Source of the DNA: Takakia lepidozioides | Taxonomy: Eukaryota; Plantae; Bryophyta | Direction of reading: 5' to 3' | DNA: 64,000 bases | NCBI GenBank assembly: GCA_030704615.1 | Contig: CM060733.1 | Coordinates: 74,648,001 to 74,712,000 of the forward strand | In this document: in pieces, positions 61,500-64,000 of the stretch | How positions within the stretch are numbered: the stretch's first letter is position 1 | Layout of the letters: every line of letters begins with the position of its first letter | The notes under the pieces: generated by a model | The model's input: only the letters and a program-made list of their open reading frames with translations | Database searches by the model: none | Told to the model about the DNA's origin: nothing | Translations under genes and position numbers: made by a program

Positions 61500-64000
61500 A
61501 CCGTGAGGACACGGCTTTTTGAGGGGGGAAGGGGTAATGTTAGAGGACTGTAGGGGACTTAGACACTTATACGGGATCTGTAGGGTACCCTTAAATTTTG
61601 CACAGACTGAGACAAACAGGAACCTTAGGGGTGACAGCAGCGCACTGTAGAAGGGGGTTACATAGCCCACACAGCCGACACAGCAGTCACAGCCCACACA
61701 GCCAACACAGCCCGTCACAGTCGTCACAGCCCACACAGCCCACACAGCCAACACAGCCCGTCACAGTCGTCACAGCCCACACAGCCGTCACAGTCGTCAC
61801 AGCCCACACAGCCCACACAGCCCGTCACAGTCGTCACAGCAGACACAGCCCACACAGCCAGTCACAGCCCGACACAGCCAAACACAGCCAGTCACCGCTT
61901 GACACAGCTGTCACGATAATAGGGAACGAAGAGTAGGACAGGGAACGACTGTGGGGAACAACACCAGTGAAGGGAACATGTTAGTTCACATACGACGGTT
62001 AGAGAGGGAAACGGTTAGAACCGCGGATAGGAGGATAAAGGGAAGAACGGGGAATAGGAAGATGATTATTCGGGGAGGAATTCGGAGACAGGCGGGAGCG
62101 GAGATCGGAGAGCACGATGAAGGAGAAAAGAGGATTAGTAGAAGCTTGTCATATGCAAAGCTAGAGTGATATTGTAGAGTAGATTAGAGACATAATGGAT
62201 TCGGCCTGATACCTGATAAATCATAATCTGATACTTATACAATACAATCACACTGTGTAGAGAGATCTGAGTGAAGCTGTGGATTGAATGGAGGAGTTAA
62301 GGAAACCGATAAATTGATGAAGCAAACTGATACTTAATTATCAATGGTAAGGTAGCAAAGATGAATGCGGAAAAGGAAACAAATAGGAAACACCCCCATG
62401 ATACACTAGCTGTAGGTCATGACTGATTGTTCTGCGCGGGCTGAGTACTTAGAGATTTCCAACTCTTCTATCTTGGAGTTTCCGCCTCGGATAGCGAAGG
62501 GATGGGTGAGTAAAAGCCGCGCGACAGCTATCAGCCTGGTGAAGGCTTGCACTTTCAGGTGTGGGAGTGCAAGAAAAGAAGGAAGGGGCTGGGTTCCCTG
62601 TAGGGCATGTGGAGCATGCTTTCAGCCTGCTGAAGCTTGTATTTTCAGGTTTGTGGGTGCAAGAAATGAAGTAAATGAGCTGATTCTCTTATGGTGAGAG
62701 TGGGGCATGTGTGGAGCATGCCTTCAGCCCATTGAGGCTCTTGTTTTCAAGCCTTAGAGAGCTAGAACGGAAGGTCTAGGGCTGGTTTCCACTTGGAGTG
62801 AAAGAAAAGCACTTGTAGGGCCTATGTGAGCCCCATGTCAAGAAGAATTGCCCAGAGGGAGGCAAAGGGCCGGCACATGCACAGCCTGCACAGTTGCAGT
62901 GTGGGCATTGTGGCAAGCACGGGCATGGAGAGGCCCAGTGTTATGGTTTGCATCCTGAGTTGCGCCCAGGCCAGTTCCAAGGGAACAATGGTGGCCGGGG
63001 GCGAGGTGGAGCAGCCCAGAGAGGACGAGGTGGCCAGCCACGAGGTGCAGGCCAAGGGCAAGCTCAACATGGCCAAGGACGCGGAGGTCAGGGGGTTGAC
63101 CAAGGCATGGCCAATCGGCTTCAGCAACTAGAGCAGAGGCTCGCTGCCATGGCTACAGCTCAGGTGGTACCGGCTCTAAGGCCGGATGGTCCACCTCCTG
63201 CTCTTGAGGGAGGAGATATGGGAGGCATGGGATTCATGTGTGGAGCAGCACTACCACTAGTGCAGGTGGAGTCTGCTGCAGCCGTGACTCGAGGAGCAGC
63301 ACGAGTTCCTGAGCCACGAGGTGCAGAGGTGGAGTTGGATCCACAGCGTGGGGAGGCAAGCCGTCAGGCTAGGCTTCCTCAGTCATTCACATTGGCGGAG
63401 ACAGTGTCGACGCCATCCATGGCACCTAGTTCTCGCCCGACTGTTACCGAGGCGGAGGTTACTATGCCATTGGGGAGAGCTACACGGGTAGCACCACTAC
63501 CTAGTGTTGCCAAGGCTACGGCAGCTAGTGTGCTGCTAGGAGCGGCCACATCTGTGTGCCAGGCTCCATTGTTCTCGGCTACCATGATTGCGATGCCGGG
63601 GGTAAGACCAGCTGAGGTGTTCAGGCTGACAGCTACACTCTGTGAGAGTGGGGAGGTTACTTCATCTTCTGCGGAGATAGTGGGAGGTGTAGTGCCGGAG
63701 GGATCCTTGGATTTGAGGGTCAAGACTGCCACGGCGGCGCCATGGCAAGCTGCAGCTGCCAAGTTGATGGAGCTGCCAGCTAGGCCAGCCATTGAGCGCG
63801 CCATGGTGACACTTGGAGTTGTTATGTTAGACAACCAGGATGACATTTTCTGTTTGAGTGGACCGGCAAGCAAGAGGTACCGGCCACTGCGGGTCTTGTT
63901 GGACTCGGGATATTGCAGGCTAGGGCCTCACGGAGGCGGATATGGAGCCTTGTCCTTTCCAGATACAGACGTCTCTGGGAGGATCGGAGCAGGCTCGGGG

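Larger units (their letters stand above)
49106..62526 (+). mobile_element. Young full-length Ty3/Gypsy LTR retrotransposon (non-chromovirus, Athila/Tat-like layout)
   Basis: LTRs 49106-50048 and 61538-62526 (TG...CA); 5-bp TSD GCTAT; PBS; PPT GAGGGGGGAAGGGG at 61521-61534. Confidence 0.97.
47908..64000 (+). mobile_element. Second copy of the DNMT-Gypsy family; interrupted by Gypsy 49106-62526, internally deleted near 62828, runs off the window in the protease
   Basis: 47908-48234 is near-identical to A1; 62830-64000 matches 22151-23317. Confidence 0.92.

Overview
Eukaryotic, land-plant-like DNA (spliceosomal introns; PP1, glycolate oxidase and TruA sequences). One host gene (protein phosphatase 1, 108-1458) is followed by about 58 kb of nested transposable elements. 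(1) A Ty3/Gypsy-type retroelement family is present as one complete copy (18353-43137), a deleted copy (47908 to the window end) and a diverged relative (6410-12202). Its pol carries a C5-cytosine DNA methyltransferase between protease and RT, and a PHD finger after the DDE integrase. Instead of two ordinary LTRs it has split direct repeats (A...B-A'-B), a self-complementary rather than tRNA primer site, and a covarying structured 5' end. (2) Inserted in that pol is a 13.9-kb Mutator-like DNA transposon (25231-39149, 8-bp TSD). It encodes a GCM-like/DDE/SWIM transposase and, divergently, a spliced gene fusing a ParB/Srx-like domain to a beta-class amino-(N6A/N4C)-methyltransferase fold. Three arrays of one palindromic CpG motif lie beside, between and inside these genes. 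(3) A very young non-chromovirus Gypsy element (49106-62526) has extra 5' and 3' ORFs. Also present: hAT derivatives, SINE-like heads, an L1 fragment, a solo LTR, and intronless captured gene fragments. All domain calls are by motif recognition; no database searches were run.
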